A stretch of DNA of 64,000 nucleotides from Microcystaceae cyanobacterium (GCA_041746575.1 JBGTGT010000123.1:1-64000); one strand, 5' to 3'. Numbered from the stretch's first letter, positions 20,562 to 32,218 are shown. Numbers and translations are program-made. Notes: a model not told the origin generated them from the sequence alone.

Positions 20562-21806
20562 TTACTCTTGAACTTTAAACACAGAAATTTCCGATTGTAA
20601 TCCCTGAGCCGCATCATCTAAGCGTCGTAAAACCGTACTGGTTTCATGCAAAGAATCCGCCGTTTGTTCTGAACCTTCGCTTAGTTTTTCCATCGCTTCT
20701 CGGATGTGTTGTGCTCTATAAGATTGTTCTTCCATGCGCTTGCTGACTAATTCAAATTGCGGGGTAATGCTTTGCACTTGTTTAATGACTTCTGCAATTT
20801 TATGACTAATTTTGCCCACATCTTCCACACTGTTACTCACTTCTTTATTAAATTTATCTATTTCCATAACGCCAATAGAAACCGCCGACTGTATTTCTTT
20901 AACCATTTGTTCAATCTCCAATGTAGCAACAGCCGTTTGATCAGCTAAACGACGAATTTCTCTGGCAACCACTGCAAAGCCCGCCCCATATTCCCCTGCT
21001 TTTTCTGCTTCAATGGCGGCATTTAAAGAGAGTAAATTTGTCTGATCAGCTACTTTTGTAATTGCTAAAACGACACTATTAATATTATGCGCTTTTTCAC
21101 TCATAACTCCCAATTTAGACGAAATCGCCGTAGTTGCATTCACCAATTGACGCATACTGTGTTGCATAAACATCAAACCTTCTTGTCCTTGACTGGCTTG
21201 ATGGGCTGTATGTTGAGCAGAATCCGTAATTTGTTCTATGGTTCTGACCAATTCTTCTGAGGTGTTGGCAATTTTTTGGGCGGTACTGGTTACTTCATTC
21301 GTCGCAGAAATTTGTTGCGTTAAAGTCATTTCTAACTCTTGACGAGAAGCGGCCATTTGGGTAGTTGCGCTAGTAATCTGTGTCCCTGATTGTTGAACCT
21401 TAGAAATTAAAGAATTAAGGTTTTCTGTCATTTTTTTTAACACCCCTAATAGCTGACCAATTTCATCATTAGAGTTCACTTCTACCTTGGTGGTTAAATT
21501 TCCGGCTGACACTTCTTCCGCAATCTGTGCCGCTTTATTCAGTGATTTTGTAATATTATGAGTCAGCCAATAACTTGATATCAAATTGGCTAAAATAGCG
21601 GCAATAAATACCATTGAAACAAGCGTAATAGTAGATTCCCCAATAACTTCAATAGATTCTGCGGTTATCGGTTCTCTGCCTTGTTCGACCTTGGCGCGAA
21701 TATCCTCATAAGTGGTTTTAATTTTACCGTAAGTAATAAATGCGCCCACTAACATAATAGCCGCCGGAAAGATAATCAGACCGAAAAGTTTAGACTTAAT
21801 TGACAT
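20562..21806 (-). CDS. Methyl-accepting chemotaxis protein (WspA-like signalling domain)
   Basis: Two TM segments, HAMP (NDEIGQL), ADQTNLLSLNAAIEAEKAGEYGAGFAVVAREIRRLADQT. Confidence 0.92.
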   Translation of the reverse strand: MSIKSKLFGLIIFPAAIMLVGAFITYGKIKTTYEDIRAKVEQGREPITAESIEVIGESTITLVSMVFIAAILANLISSYWLTHNITKSLNKAAQIAEEVSAGNLTTKVEVNSNDEIGQLLGVLKKMTENLNSLISKVQQSGTQITSATTQMAASRQELEMTLTQQISATNEVTSTAQKIANTSEELVRTIEQITDSAQHTAHQASQGQEGLMFMQHSMRQLVNATTAISSKLGVMSEKAHNINSVVLAITKVADQTNLLSLNAAIEAEKAGEYGAGFAVVAREIRRLADQTAVATLEIEQMVKEIQSAVSIGVMEIDKFNKEVSNSVEDVGKISHKIAEVIKQVQSITPQFELVSKRMEEQSYRAQHIREAMEKLSEGSEQTADSLHETSTVLRRLDDAAQGLQSEISVFKVQE

Positions 21807-22013
21807 AAAAATTTAGAGTTTTTGGGAGGTCGCTGTTTAAATTTTCCCTGATTTGCTCTTCGTTTTGTCGTTTTCTCAGGAGAAATTTTACAATTAGTTA
21901 AGATCCTGAACAAAAAATGGGTTTAATCTGACAAAAATTTCAGGATATTTTAACAATTTGCCCCCTCTTAATGGTATGATTTCTTAGCGAGATAGTGTTT
22001 TCTTTTATAAATA

Positions 22014-22667
22014 GTGCTTCCCCAAAGATATCAACGACTCAAAAAAGTATTAGGACAGAGACAGCCAGATTTAACGGTTTTGACGGAAGATGTCCATAAA
22101 TCTCATAATTTTTCAGCCATTGTCCGTACCTGCGATGCAGTGGGAATCCTAGAGGTTCACGCCGTCAATACTATATCGGAGTTGCCCGATTTAAGTCCAG
22201 TGGCTAAGGGCAGTGAAAAATGGGTCAATTTACAGATTCACCCCAATATTATTACGGCGATTACTCACTTAAAACAGCAACATTTTCGGATTTATGCCGC
22301 CCATTTGAGTGAAGAGGCGATTGATTATCGTTCCGTAGATTATACCCGACCAACGGCAATTTTAATGGGCGCAGAAAAATGGGGGGTGAGTAACCAAGCT
22401 GCCACCCTTGCTGACCATCATATTACAATACCAATGATGGGCATGGTGCAATCTTTAAATGTATCCGTTGCGGCGGCGGTGATTTTGTTTGAAGTACAAC
22501 GCCAACGCTTAATCGCCGGATTCTACGATCATGTCCGTCTTGATTGCGATCGCTATGATCAATTATTATTTGAATGGGGCTATCCCCAATTAGCAGAAAA
22601 GTATCGCACCGAGGGTAAAACTTATCCGATCTTAAACGAACAAGGCAACATTTTACCCCCATATTAA
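22014..22667 (+). CDS. trmH: tRNA (guanosine-18-2'-O)-methyltransferase
   Basis: RQPDLTV, HNFSAIVRTCDAVG, MGAEKWG, IPMMGMVQSLNVSVA. Confidence 0.93.
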   Translation: MLPQRYQRLKKVLGQRQPDLTVLTEDVHKSHNFSAIVRTCDAVGILEVHAVNTISELPDLSPVAKGSEKWVNLQIHPNIITAITHLKQQHFRIYAAHLSEEAIDYRSVDYTRPTAILMGAEKWGVSNQAATLADHHITIPMMGMVQSLNVSVAAAVILFEVQRQRLIAGFYDHVRLDCDRYDQLLFEWGYPQLAEKYRTEGKTYPILNEQGNILPPY

Positions 22668-22830
22668 AGGAAGATTAACCTAATTTGCCTGAGTATCTTG
22701 TCCTTCTCCCCTCATTGAAAAACGTGACAATTGCTCAACGTTGGCAAGCCCTTAAAAAGAAAATTGAAACATCATCCTTTAAATAACGATAGAATAATAA
22801 ATTATGAATAATAAATGAGGAGATTTTTGG

Positions 22831-23247
22831 GTGCTAAAAACAATTTTAATTGCCCTTGATTGTTCGTCTGCTTCAGATACGGTTTTACGAGGTTTAGATC
22901 ACCTTAATCGAAAAGACTCAACCCAAATTATCTTTATTCATGTCATTCCAACGGTTACCCATGAAGAAAACGTCGAAGTTGATCGCCCCGGTCTATCTTC
23001 TGACGCCCGTTATAGCCAAGCAGAAGCTCAATTACGGCAATATGTGGAAAAATTTAGCAACAGTACCTTTGAAATTACTCAAGGCGATCCCTCAGACGAA
23101 ATTGTTCGTCTAGCCAACATTTATCAAGCCGATCTAATTGTTCTCGGCACCCGAGGATTAACGGGCATGAGTCGTATTATTGAAGATTCTGTTAGTAGCT
23201 CAGTGATTGCAGATGCACCTTGTTCTGTTTTTGTAGTTAAAGTTTAA
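22831..23247 (+). CDS. Universal stress protein
   Basis: ILIALD.S, GDP..EIV, ADLIVLGTRG, SVSSSV...APCSVFVV. Confidence 0.92.
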   Translation: MLKTILIALDCSSASDTVLRGLDHLNRKDSTQIIFIHVIPTVTHEENVEVDRPGLSSDARYSQAEAQLRQYVEKFSNSTFEITQGDPSDEIVRLANIYQADLIVLGTRGLTGMSRIIEDSVSSSVIADAPCSVFVVKV

Positions 23248-23248
23248 G

Positions 23249-25150
23249 TTAATTACAACCCATTGCAGTTCTAGAAAATATCGTTTGTTTCTCTTCAAAG
23301 ACATTATGAAGTCTCAAAAAGTCGGTAGCGTTTTCCTCATTGAGGGGTTGGGAAAAGTAATAACCTTGCATCATTTTACATCCTAAATTGTGCAGAATTT
23401 CTAATTGCTGTTGTGTCTCTACCCCTTCAGCGACTACTCTTAAGTTAAAACTTTTCCCTAGGGCAATTAATGCTGAAATCATGGCTGTATCCTCGGGTTC
23501 GTGGGCTAAATTCTGAATAAAAGATTGTTCGATTTTGACTTTTTGGAAAGGAAAATCTTGGAGATAACCAATGGAAACTAATCCTCGACCAAAATTATCC
23601 AAAGAAAGATAAACTCCCAATTCTTTTAGTTGTAATAAAACCTGACGAGATAATTCTAGATTATCTAAAATGCTTTGTTCTGTAATTTCTAACTCTAAAT
23701 TCTGGGGAGGTAATCCTGTTTTAGTTAACACCTGTTCTAATAATGTTAGAAAATCAGGGTGTTGCAATTGTCGTTTTGATAAATTAATCGAAAGAAGAAA
23801 AGCGGGAAAATTGCAGTTTTGCCATGTTTGAAATTGTTTACAAGCCGTTTCTAAAATCCATTGGGTAATAGGCATCAATAACGTAGTTTTTTCTAACCAA
23901 GGCAGAAATTGGCGGGAATAAATTAACCCTTTCTTAGGGTGTTGCCATCGGATTAATGTTTCCATTACCTCAATTTGCTTTGTCTCAATATTAAATTGAG
24001 GTTGATAACAGAGCTTTAATTCTTTATTATCTAGCGCATTTTTTAACCGACCTTCAATTTGGTCCAGTCGGGTTGATTTAATCTGAAGATGAGATGATTG
24101 AGCAGAACTAACCCCTAGTTTTGAAGGTGTGGCTTGCTGTTTTTTAGCTTGCAAATTATGCTCCAAACGCTCGGTTAACGATTTTATATCTTGCCCATCT
24201 TGAGGATAAATAACTAGCACAATATGGGTAGTTACCGTAATAGAAAATCGCTCCATTTCGATGGGCTGACTTGTGGTCTGCATAATGCGCTTGCGGATTT
24301 TTTCCCCATTTTCAACTTCCTTCAATTGAGGAAGCAAAATAGAAAATTTGTCCTCTGTCCAACGAGCCACAATATCAGATGAACGGACACAACTATTAAG
24401 GGTTTCTGCCATTTTTTGTAAGACTTGGTTACCAATGACTAAACCGTAAGTCTCGTTAATTTGATTTAATTGAGCAATATCTACTAAGAGTAAAGCAAGA
24501 TGATTTCCATTGCGTTTTGCATTAGCCAAGGCGATAGAAAAATATTCATTAAATAAAATTTGATTGGGTAAACCCGTTAAATTATCAAGATAAGCTTGAT
24601 CATGAAAGGTATCATCATCTCTGTCTTTTGTGTCAATTTTACTGTCTTTTTCCTCAGTAAATAAAGAAGACTTATCAATGTGAGAATCAGATAAAATTAA
24701 GGTACTTTTTTCATGAACATTTTGCTCACCGGCAAGAGATTTATGAATAATTTTACTTTCTATTGTTTGATGTTCATATTCAGCTTCTGTTACGTTACTA
24801 ATAATATGATAACTAGCATTAATGTCGCAACCGAAATTTATTAAATCTCCATCTTTAAGCTCATGAATTAAGCATTTTTCACCATTGACAAAAATTCCGT
24901 TATGACTTTTGTTACCATCTAAATCTCCGTCTAAAATCCAATAGGAAAATTTATTGTTTTTAAGGTTACTTTTTTTAATTAAAGTAGCGTGTTTGCGGGA
25001 TGCTTTTCGAGAATCTAAAACAATAGAATTGTCGTTTTGTCGACCCAAAGTATATTTTGCACCGTTTAGGGTAATCATCCGTCTTGAAGCGGCATCTTCT
25101 AAGATTAAAAGATAACGCAGAGTAGAATTGCTTTGTATCGTTGTATTCAT
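23249..25150 (-). CDS. FHA-GGDEF-EAL protein with degenerate catalytic motifs
   Basis: FHA (LGRQ..N, SRKHA, S.NG); GGDEF position reads TEDKF; EAL domain ETL, LDNFGRG, KIEQS. Confidence 0.88.
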   Translation of the reverse strand: MNTTIQSNSTLRYLLILEDAASRRMITLNGAKYTLGRQNDNSIVLDSRKASRKHATLIKKSNLKNNKFSYWILDGDLDGNKSHNGIFVNGEKCLIHELKDGDLINFGCDINASYHIISNVTEAEYEHQTIESKIIHKSLAGEQNVHEKSTLILSDSHIDKSSLFTEEKDSKIDTKDRDDDTFHDQAYLDNLTGLPNQILFNEYFSIALANAKRNGNHLALLLVDIAQLNQINETYGLVIGNQVLQKMAETLNSCVRSSDIVARWTEDKFSILLPQLKEVENGEKIRKRIMQTTSQPIEMERFSITVTTHIVLVIYPQDGQDIKSLTERLEHNLQAKKQQATPSKLGVSSAQSSHLQIKSTRLDQIEGRLKNALDNKELKLCYQPQFNIETKQIEVMETLIRWQHPKKGLIYSRQFLPWLEKTTLLMPITQWILETACKQFQTWQNCNFPAFLLSINLSKRQLQHPDFLTLLEQVLTKTGLPPQNLELEITEQSILDNLELSRQVLLQLKELGVYLSLDNFGRGLVSIGYLQDFPFQKVKIEQSFIQNLAHEPEDTAMISALIALGKSFNLRVVAEGVETQQQLEILHNLGCKMMQGYYFSQPLNEENATDFLRLHNVFEEKQTIFSRTAMGCN

Positions 25151-25220
25151 TTTTGACTCCTTATTTTTATGGCATAGGATTTCTCAAAAAGCAAGCGTCA
25201 AATTTAATGAAGACATCAAT

Positions 25221-27353
25221 TTAACCTCTAATGTTCTCCCGCAAAAATTGCGTCGCATAATCAGCCTTTAAGGGTTGACTAAACCAAAAACCTTGAATTT
25301 CTTCGCAATTTAACCGTTGTAATAATTCCAGTTGTTGTAGCGTTTCGACTCCCTCTGCAATCACCCGCAGTCGAAAACTACGGCCGAGGGCAACCACGGC
25401 GGTAATAATCGCTTCATCTTGGGGATTTTCCGTCAAACTATGGATAAACGATTGATCAATTTTCAAAGTGTGAAAGGGATATTTTTGTAAATAGCCCAAA
25501 GAAGAATATCCTGTCCCAAAATCATCCATAGAAAGACGCACACCTACATTTTTTAAATTTTGCATCGTTTCTAATGCTGATTCTGAATTTTGCATGATGG
25601 TGTTTTCGGTGATTTCCATTTCTAACCATTGCGGTTCGAGTCCTGTTTCTTCAAGGGTATCTTTCACCATTGTTACTAAATCGGGTTGTTGAAACTGACG
25701 GGGTGAAAAATTGACAGCCACCGGAATTGGGGGTAAGCCTGCCTGTTGCCATTGACGGTTTTGTTCACACGCTGTTTTCAGAACCCATTGCCCCAAGGGA
25801 ACGATCAAATCTGTTTTCTCCGCTAAGGGAATCAATTTCAACGGGGAAACATCCCCCAGTTCAGGGTGATACCATCGTAAAAGGGCTTCTATCCCTGTAA
25901 TTCGCTGATCTTTCAACTTTAATTGAGGCTGATAATTGAGAGTAAATTCATTGTTTCGTAAAGCTTCGTGCAGTAGGCGTTCTAATTTCAAGACTAAAGA
26001 AGCCTTAGAGGTCATCGTTGAGCTATAAAAGCGATAATGGTTTCTACCCCGCTCTTTTGCCCGATACAAAGCCGCATCAGCATTCTTCATTAGGGTTTCT
26101 CTATCCGTTCCATCTTGGGGATAGATGGCAATCCCAATACTACACTTAGCATAGAGTTGATGACCTGCCACTTCAAAGGGATGTTTCAATTCACTGAGAA
26201 TTCGTTGGGCAAGATTAATTGAATCCTCTGCACTACTAATATCGGTCAATAATAGGGTAAATTCGTCCCCCCCCCAACGCGCCACTAAGTCTCCACTTCT
26301 CACGCAACCATTTAAGCGTTGACCAAAACGTTGCAGTAATTGATTTCCGACACTATGTCCAAGGGTATCGTTAATGTTTTTAAAGCAATCTAAATCCAAG
26401 AACATCACCGCCAGCAGACTGTCTTGTCGTTGCGCTCTTGCCACCGCCCCATCTAGTTGTTCATCAAACCAATCCCGATTGGGTAGATCGGTTAAAGTAT
26501 CATGATAAGCTTGATAGGCAAGGGTTTTTTCTACTTCTTTGCGTCCTGTGACATCAAATAAGTAACTTCTCACCAGCTTATTTTCTGATAAATAATGGAC
26601 ATACTGCTCAAAAAAATCGTCCTTGATGCAAATTTCTCTGAGTAATAAATTTCCTTCCGTATTTTGCCCTCCTAAGAGTCCTTTTAATACAGGATGCTGT
26701 AATTTTTCTTGATGAATCGTTTTAAATTTAATACTAGCCGCCGGATTGAGATAGGTAATTTCGCCGTCAAAGTTAATTTCCACAATCGGATTCGGACTTA
26801 ACTCTGGAAACGAGGCTAATCTTACTAAGTCAGCAGAACTGCGTTCCCCCTCACTGCTAGGAGCAATTGGCTCGGCAGATAAGTTTTTGAGGTCGTCATC
26901 TTTAATAAGGGTTGCTTTGCTGGCTTCTTCACCGATGCTGGTGGCTTCGTTAATCTCATCGAGATCACTGGTATCGGGCGGATTAAACAGAGCAATTTTA
27001 AGCGAGGTAGAGAGAATATAATAAGTTACCTTAGAATCACTGCCAAATAAAACAACATCCCCGTGTTTTAGGTCATGAGCGACAGCAGAACGACCATTAA
27101 TAATTAAGCCATTGGTACTGCGATTCCCTTGTAAATCCCCATCAATAATCCGATAAGAATAGCTATCGGGTTTGGGACTCACCTTAATTCTCAAAAGAGT
27201 TGCATGACGACGGGAAATGACCCGATCATAAATTACAATGTCATTTGTAGATTCACGCCCCATCGAATAGGTAGATTCTTCGAGGGCAATAATGCGACGG
27301 GCTTTTTGATCTTCAATGATCACAATATGACGGAAAGGAGGGATAGTATTCAT
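25221..27353 (-). CDS. FHA-(PAS-like)-GGDEF-EAL diguanylate cyclase/phosphodiesterase
   Basis: FHA (MGRE..N, ISRRHA, STNG); intact GGDEF; EALLRW, DDFGTGYSS, KIDQS, EGVE. Confidence 0.93.
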   Translation of the reverse strand: MNTIPPFRHIVIIEDQKARRIIALEESTYSMGRESTNDIVIYDRVISRRHATLLRIKVSPKPDSYSYRIIDGDLQGNRSTNGLIINGRSAVAHDLKHGDVVLFGSDSKVTYYILSTSLKIALFNPPDTSDLDEINEATSIGEEASKATLIKDDDLKNLSAEPIAPSSEGERSSADLVRLASFPELSPNPIVEINFDGEITYLNPAASIKFKTIHQEKLQHPVLKGLLGGQNTEGNLLLREICIKDDFFEQYVHYLSENKLVRSYLFDVTGRKEVEKTLAYQAYHDTLTDLPNRDWFDEQLDGAVARAQRQDSLLAVMFLDLDCFKNINDTLGHSVGNQLLQRFGQRLNGCVRSGDLVARWGGDEFTLLLTDISSAEDSINLAQRILSELKHPFEVAGHQLYAKCSIGIAIYPQDGTDRETLMKNADAALYRAKERGRNHYRFYSSTMTSKASLVLKLERLLHEALRNNEFTLNYQPQLKLKDQRITGIEALLRWYHPELGDVSPLKLIPLAEKTDLIVPLGQWVLKTACEQNRQWQQAGLPPIPVAVNFSPRQFQQPDLVTMVKDTLEETGLEPQWLEMEITENTIMQNSESALETMQNLKNVGVRLSMDDFGTGYSSLGYLQKYPFHTLKIDQSFIHSLTENPQDEAIITAVVALGRSFRLRVIAEGVETLQQLELLQRLNCEEIQGFWFSQPLKADYATQFLRENIRG

Positions 27354-27778
27354 GTTACAGCCAGCATAGCAAAGACAGTAAGGCTAGTATTAAGATTCCC
27401 CTAATCAGGTAAAAACTAACATTTATTGATACTTATTTTATGAGTTTATCGGACTGCAGAAACTCAGTATTACCCCTAAAACTTTTTACAGAATCATCTA
27501 TCGTGGGAGGTAAGTATTGTCCGCAAATTTATAGAAACCAAAGACGGCGATCGCTTTGTATCCCTTGAGAGATTAATCCATTCAGTATATATTATATTCT
27601 ACTGACCGCTCCGCGTAGTAAATGGTCATCAAAAATTGAAGGGTTGGGGATGCTCTTACGATAGAATTACTTTTTATCTCTAATTTTTTAATTTAGTCTA
27701 CAATATGATATGAACCTCAAAATTTATAACTTAATTAATTAGTTTAGACCCCTTATTTTTCACTAATTTATTAACATT

Positions 27779-28237
27779 ATGCTTACTGTCGCTCGCAGAC
27801 AGTTTACGCTAGAAGAATACCACCGGTTAGGAAAACTCAGCTTTTTTAAGGAGGATGAACAAGTCAAATTAATTAAAGGAGAAATTATTTTAATGTCTTT
27901 TAAAAAGTACACCTTATTCTATTTGTAATACTAGGCTGGGAAAACAACTCTATCAATTAATAAAGGATAAAGCGACTATCAGAATCCAAGAACCTGTTAT
28001 TTTCCCTAATGACAGTGAACCCCAACCTAATGGGGTTATTGGGGTTAATAAAGAAGATGACTATTTACCCTCTCATCCTCTCATCCTCAAGATGTTTTAT
28101 TGTTAATTAAAATCTCTGATAATACCCTAAGTTACGCTCAAGGCATTAAGTTAGCATTTGATGCTGAAGATGGCATTTCTCACTACTAGGTTGTTAATTT
28201 AGTAGATAATTATCTCGAAACGTATAGTGAACCCTGT
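27779..28237 (+). pseudogene. Uma2-family endonuclease pseudogene (not in ORF track)
   Basis: MLTVARRQFTLEEYHRLG..F.EDEQVKLIKGEII.MS, frameshift, IRIQEPV..PNDSEPQP, YLPSHP with tandem CTCATCCT duplication, DVLLLIKISDNTL, stop in HY*VVNL, truncated after YSEP. Confidence 0.85.
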
Positions 28238-28525
28238 CTAGCGTCGATGTTTTTGCTGACTTAAACGGGGTAAAGGAGGTTGATGGGAACTGGGGGGAAG
28301 ATAGTGTGTGGGGGGGTCTTCGGTAATTACAGGAGAAACAGCTTGGGTTTGCCACCAGCGTAAAACAACGGCTAATAGTGTCATACCAATTCCGACAGAG
28401 AATAAGCTAATACGGCCGCCTACACCACCCATTACCGCATCTACCGCACCGACAATGAGAATAAAACTAGAAAGCGGCTCTTTACGGTAAGCTTTTCTCA
28501 AAAAACGGGGAATTAGGAGATTCAT
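28238..28525 (-). CDS. Small membrane hypothetical protein
   Basis: 95-aa ORF with two hydrophobic stretches; RFLRKAYRKEP..SF...VGAVD resembles a conserved cyanobacterial hypothetical. Confidence 0.7.
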   Translation of the reverse strand: MNLLIPRFLRKAYRKEPLSSFILIVGAVDAVMGGVGGRISLFSVGIGMTLLAVVLRWWQTQAVSPVITEDPPTHYLPPSSHQPPLPRLSQQKHRR

Positions 28526-28650
28526 AGGGGAAATAGAAGGTCAATGGATTTAACTTAGGATAAGGGTATCCTACTTTTAGCATATCTTACCCTTGAGAAA
28601 TTCGGTAGAAGGGATAAACGCGATGTGTAACGGTTGACGATTCACTATCA

Positions 28651-29460
28651 TTAACCGAAGCGTCCACTGACGTAATCCTTGGTGGATTCATGGGCAGGAT
28701 TTTGGAAAATGACTTCAGTTTTGTCATATTCTACTAAATAACCAACTTTGCCCCCTTTATCAGTGGCTTCTGCGTTATAGAAAGCGGTCAAATCCGATAC
28801 CCGGGAAGCTTGTTGCATATTGTGGGTGACGATAACGATGGTGTAATCTTGTTTAAGTTCGTGGAGAGTTTCTTCTACTTTCATGGTAGAGATAGGGTCA
28901 AGAGCGGCGCAGGGTTCATCCATGAGGATAACATCAGGTTGGACGGCAATGGTACGGGCAATACAGAGACGTTGCTGTTGTCCTCCCGATAACGCTAGGC
29001 CACTTTCTGGTAATTTATCTTTTACTTCGTCCCAAACAGCCGCTTTATGGAGAGATTCCTCGACAATTTGATCCATTTCGGCTTTACTGCCTCTGAAACC
29101 ATTTAAACGTACCCCAAATGCTATATTTTCATAAATAGACTTAGGGAAGGGATTGGGTTGCTGGAATACCATGCCAATTTTACAGCGTAATCCAACGGGA
29201 TCAACAGAATTCGCATAAATATCTTGGTCGTGGTAAGTAATTTTCCCTTTCACTCGGCAAATCGGGATTAAGTCATTCATGCGATTTAGGCAACGAATCA
29301 CGGTACTTTTGCCGCAACCTGAAGGGCCAATAAAGGAGACCACTTTGTTTTGAGGAATATTAAGGGTAACATCTCTGACCGCTAAATTAGAACCATAATA
29401 GACGTTAAGATTCTGAATTTGAATCACAGAGTCAGTTAAAACAGAGGGATAAGTCATCAT
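28651..29460 (-). CDS. pstB: Phosphate ABC transporter ATPase (second copy)
   Basis: [39 protein letters not shown]. Confidence 0.96.
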   Translation of the reverse strand: MMTYPSVLTDSVIQIQNLNVYYGSNLAVRDVTLNIPQNKVVSFIGPSGCGKSTVIRCLNRMNDLIPICRVKGKITYHDQDIYANSVDPVGLRCKIGMVFQQPNPFPKSIYENIAFGVRLNGFRGSKAEMDQIVEESLHKAAVWDEVKDKLPESGLALSGGQQQRLCIARTIAVQPDVILMDEPCAALDPISTMKVEETLHELKQDYTIVIVTHNMQQASRVSDLTAFYNAEATDKGGKVGYLVEYDKTEVIFQNPAHESTKDYVSGRFG

Positions 29461-29503
29461 AGGAGTTTAAATTAGGTATTAGGAATTCAATATTCAAAAA
29501 TTA

Positions 29504-30325
29504 TTAACCAAAACGTCCGCTAACGTAATCTTGGGTTGCTTGTTCTTTCGGATTACCAAAGATGGTTGCTGTTTCGTCAAATTCGACTAAATAACCAATT
29601 TTTGAGCCAACGCCTACCGCTTCTGCGTTAAAAAAGGCCGTCATATCTGCGACCCGCGTAGCCTGTTGCATATTATGGGTAACAATAATAATGGTATAGT
29701 TTTCTTTCAATTCGTGCATTAATTCCTCAATTTTTAGGGTAGAAATGGGATCTAAAGCAGAACAGGGTTCATCCATCAATACCACGTCAGGTTGGGCGGC
29801 AATGGCACGGGCAATACAAAGACGTTGCTGTTGTCCACCGGATAAAGAAAAGCCGCTCTCATTCAGTTTATCTTTGACTTCATCCCACAAAACGGCACGT
29901 TTTAAGGACGTTTCTACCAATTCATCCATGCCGTCCTTGTTTTGGAGCATCTTATTCACCCTTGCTCCGTACACCACGTTATCATAAATGCTTTTGGGGA
30001 ACGGATTGGGACGCTGAAAGACCATGCCAACCATATATCTGACCGCAATAGGGTCAATATGGGGGGCGTAGATATCGTGGCCATGATAGGTGACTTTCCC
30101 TGTCAGGCGAAAACTCTCAATGAGGTCATTTAAACGATTAAAACAGCGCAGAATGGTACTTTTTCCGCAACCCGAAGGACCAATAAAGGCAGTTACTTTG
30201 TTTTTGGGGATGTCAATGGAGCAATCCCTCACGGCGTGGTACTTGCCGTAATAAATATTGACGTTTTCGGCTTTAATTACCGTTTCCGTCGTGGGTTGCT
30301 TATCGGTCAGCGTGTTTTCGATCAC
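29504..30325 (-). CDS. pstB: Phosphate ABC transporter ATPase
   Basis: [39 protein letters not shown]. Confidence 0.96.
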   Translation of the reverse strand: MIENTLTDKQPTTETVIKAENVNIYYGKYHAVRDCSIDIPKNKVTAFIGPSGCGKSTILRCFNRLNDLIESFRLTGKVTYHGHDIYAPHIDPIAVRYMVGMVFQRPNPFPKSIYDNVVYGARVNKMLQNKDGMDELVETSLKRAVLWDEVKDKLNESGFSLSGGQQQRLCIARAIAAQPDVVLMDEPCSALDPISTLKIEELMHELKENYTIIIVTHNMQQATRVADMTAFFNAEAVGVGSKIGYLVEFDETATIFGNPKEQATQDYVSGRFG

Positions 30326-30345
30326 GGGTTGTTCTCTCTTTTGAA

Positions 30346-31260
30346 TTAATAAACTTTACGTCGGGTGGCTAATCGGGCAGTGATACTGGTAATGAGGACT
30401 AATAAAATCAAAATTAAAGCCCCTGCCCAAGCCAATTCCTGTTGGGGCTTAAAGGGAACAATGGCGTAGTTATAAACCAGTACCGCTAGGGTGGCAATGG
30501 GTTCAAACACCCCTTTCGGCCAGAAATTGGAGAATAATGCCGTGAAAATGAGAGGAGCGGTTTCTCCCGCCGCACGGGCAACTGCTAGGGTTATCCCCGT
30601 CAAAATAGCAGGGACAGCGGCCGGCAGGACGATTTTTAAGACGGTCTGATAATTATACGCTCCTACTCCCAAGGCTGCCCAACGAATGTTTTGAGGGACA
30701 ATTTGCAGGGCTTCATCGGTAGTCCGAATAATGGTGGGTAACATCAGAACGGCTAAGGCAACCCCTCCAGCGATCGCAGAATAACCGATTAACCCTCTTT
30801 CTGCACCAAAAATGGGCGCAACCAGCAAACCGTAGGCAAACATCCCTGCAATAATCGAGGGAACACCACTGAGGACGTTGGTGGCAAAACGGATACTTTG
30901 GGCAACCTGATTGCCCCCGCTAAATTCCGACAGATACACTGCCGCAAACACACCAATGGGAACAGAAATGGCTGTGGCAATGGCAACCACAATAATGGTG
31001 CCGATGATGGCATTCGCTAACCCTCCCCCTGACAAACCGGGTGGTGGGGGTAATTGGGTGAATAAGGCGGGGCTAATGGTGCTTAATCCTTGCTTAGCAA
31101 CGTAAAAGAGAACGAGAAACAAAGGAATAAGCGTCAAAGCAATACACAACCCCGATAAACCCGTCATAATTAGCCCAAACAGAGAACGGGGGCTAGTTGA
31201 CTTTTTGGGAAGAATCTTCCCTAATTCCTGATGTTCGCTAGAATCGGTAAAGCTTGTCAT
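30346..31260 (-). CDS. pstA: Phosphate ABC transporter permease PstA
   Basis: [19 protein letters not shown]; position in operon. Confidence 0.95.
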   Translation of the reverse strand: MTSFTDSSEHQELGKILPKKSTSPRSLFGLIMTGLSGLCIALTLIPLFLVLFYVAKQGLSTISPALFTQLPPPPGLSGGGLANAIIGTIIVVAIATAISVPIGVFAAVYLSEFSGGNQVAQSIRFATNVLSGVPSIIAGMFAYGLLVAPIFGAERGLIGYSAIAGGVALAVLMLPTIIRTTDEALQIVPQNIRWAALGVGAYNYQTVLKIVLPAAVPAILTGITLAVARAAGETAPLIFTALFSNFWPKGVFEPIATLAVLVYNYAIVPFKPQQELAWAGALILILLVLITSITARLATRRKVY

Positions 31261-31291
31261 CGTATTTGGTTACTGAAATTACTGACAGGGT

Positions 31292-32218
31292 TTAATATTT
31301 GGCTTTAACTTGATTGACGATATACTCCGCTAAAACATTGACAATTAGGGTTAAAATCAACAAAACCAATCCAGCGTACATCAACGCAGACACTTGAATC
31401 CCAGAGGCTTCCGCAAATTGATTCGCTAGTAAAGAAGAAATTGTGTTGGCAGGGGCAGTTAAAGACGGGTTAATTTGGTTAGAATTTCCAATTAACATGG
31501 TTACAGCCATGGTTTCCCCCATCGCACGCCCTAATGCTAACATAATCCCCCCTACAATGCCCGAAAAAGCGGCCGGCGTTAATACACGGAAAATGGTTTC
31601 CCAACGGGTTGCTCCCAATCCGAGAGAGGCTTGACGCAAATCAGGGGGTAAGGCGGCCAAAGAATCTCGGGAAATCGCCGTAATAATCGGTAAAATCATA
31701 ATAGAAAGCACGAGAGCGGCCGGTAGCATACTGGGGCCGGTAACGCCTAAACCCAAATTTTTGAGGAAGGGAATCACCACAAAAATGCCCCATAATCCGT
31801 AGACGACACTGGGAACTGCCGCTAATAATTCCACTAAAAAGACCAAAACGGTGCGGATTTTGAGAGGAATAAAATTTTCACTGAGGAAAATTGCTGTACC
31901 CACGCCTAGAGGAATCGCAATTAATAGAGAAAGAAAGGAACTAACAACCGTTCCGTAAATAACAGGTAATGCGCCGAATTCTTCCCGTCCTTTGACCGGA
32001 TTCCAAGCACTGGTAGTAATAAAATTCAGACCAAATTGCTGAATCGCCGGCCAGGCGCGTAAAAAGATTAATAGTCCAATTGTTATTAAAATAACGGCAA
32101 TCGCAATGGCAAAGATTTTTGTCATTATAATGAAGCCATTATCCAGATTCTTCTCTAAGTCTGAACGAGAGCCGAGATTAGTGGTATTAGCGTCTTGGGA
32201 AAAGCTAGGGGAAGTCAT
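31292..32218 (-). CDS. pstC: Phosphate ABC transporter permease PstC
   Basis: ELLAAVPSVVYGLWG, LGRAMGETMAV. Confidence 0.95.
   Translation of the reverse strand: MTSPSFSQDANTTNLGSRSDLEKNLDNGFIIMTKIFAIAIAVILITIGLLIFLRAWPAIQQFGLNFITTSAWNPVKGREEFGALPVIYGTVVSSFLSLLIAIPLGVGTAIFLSENFIPLKIRTVLVFLVELLAAVPSVVYGLWGIFVVIPFLKNLGLGVTGPSMLPAALVLSIMILPIITAISRDSLAALPPDLRQASLGLGATRWETIFRVLTPAAFSGIVGGIMLALGRAMGETMAVTMLIGNSNQINPSLTAPANTISSLLANQFAEASGIQVSALMYAGLVLLILTLIVNVLAEYIVNQVKAKY

Noticed and set aside
27354..27778. Possible c-di-GMP riboswitch upstream of the GGDEF/EAL genes
   Set aside because: No GEMM-like conserved motif recognisable on the minus strand
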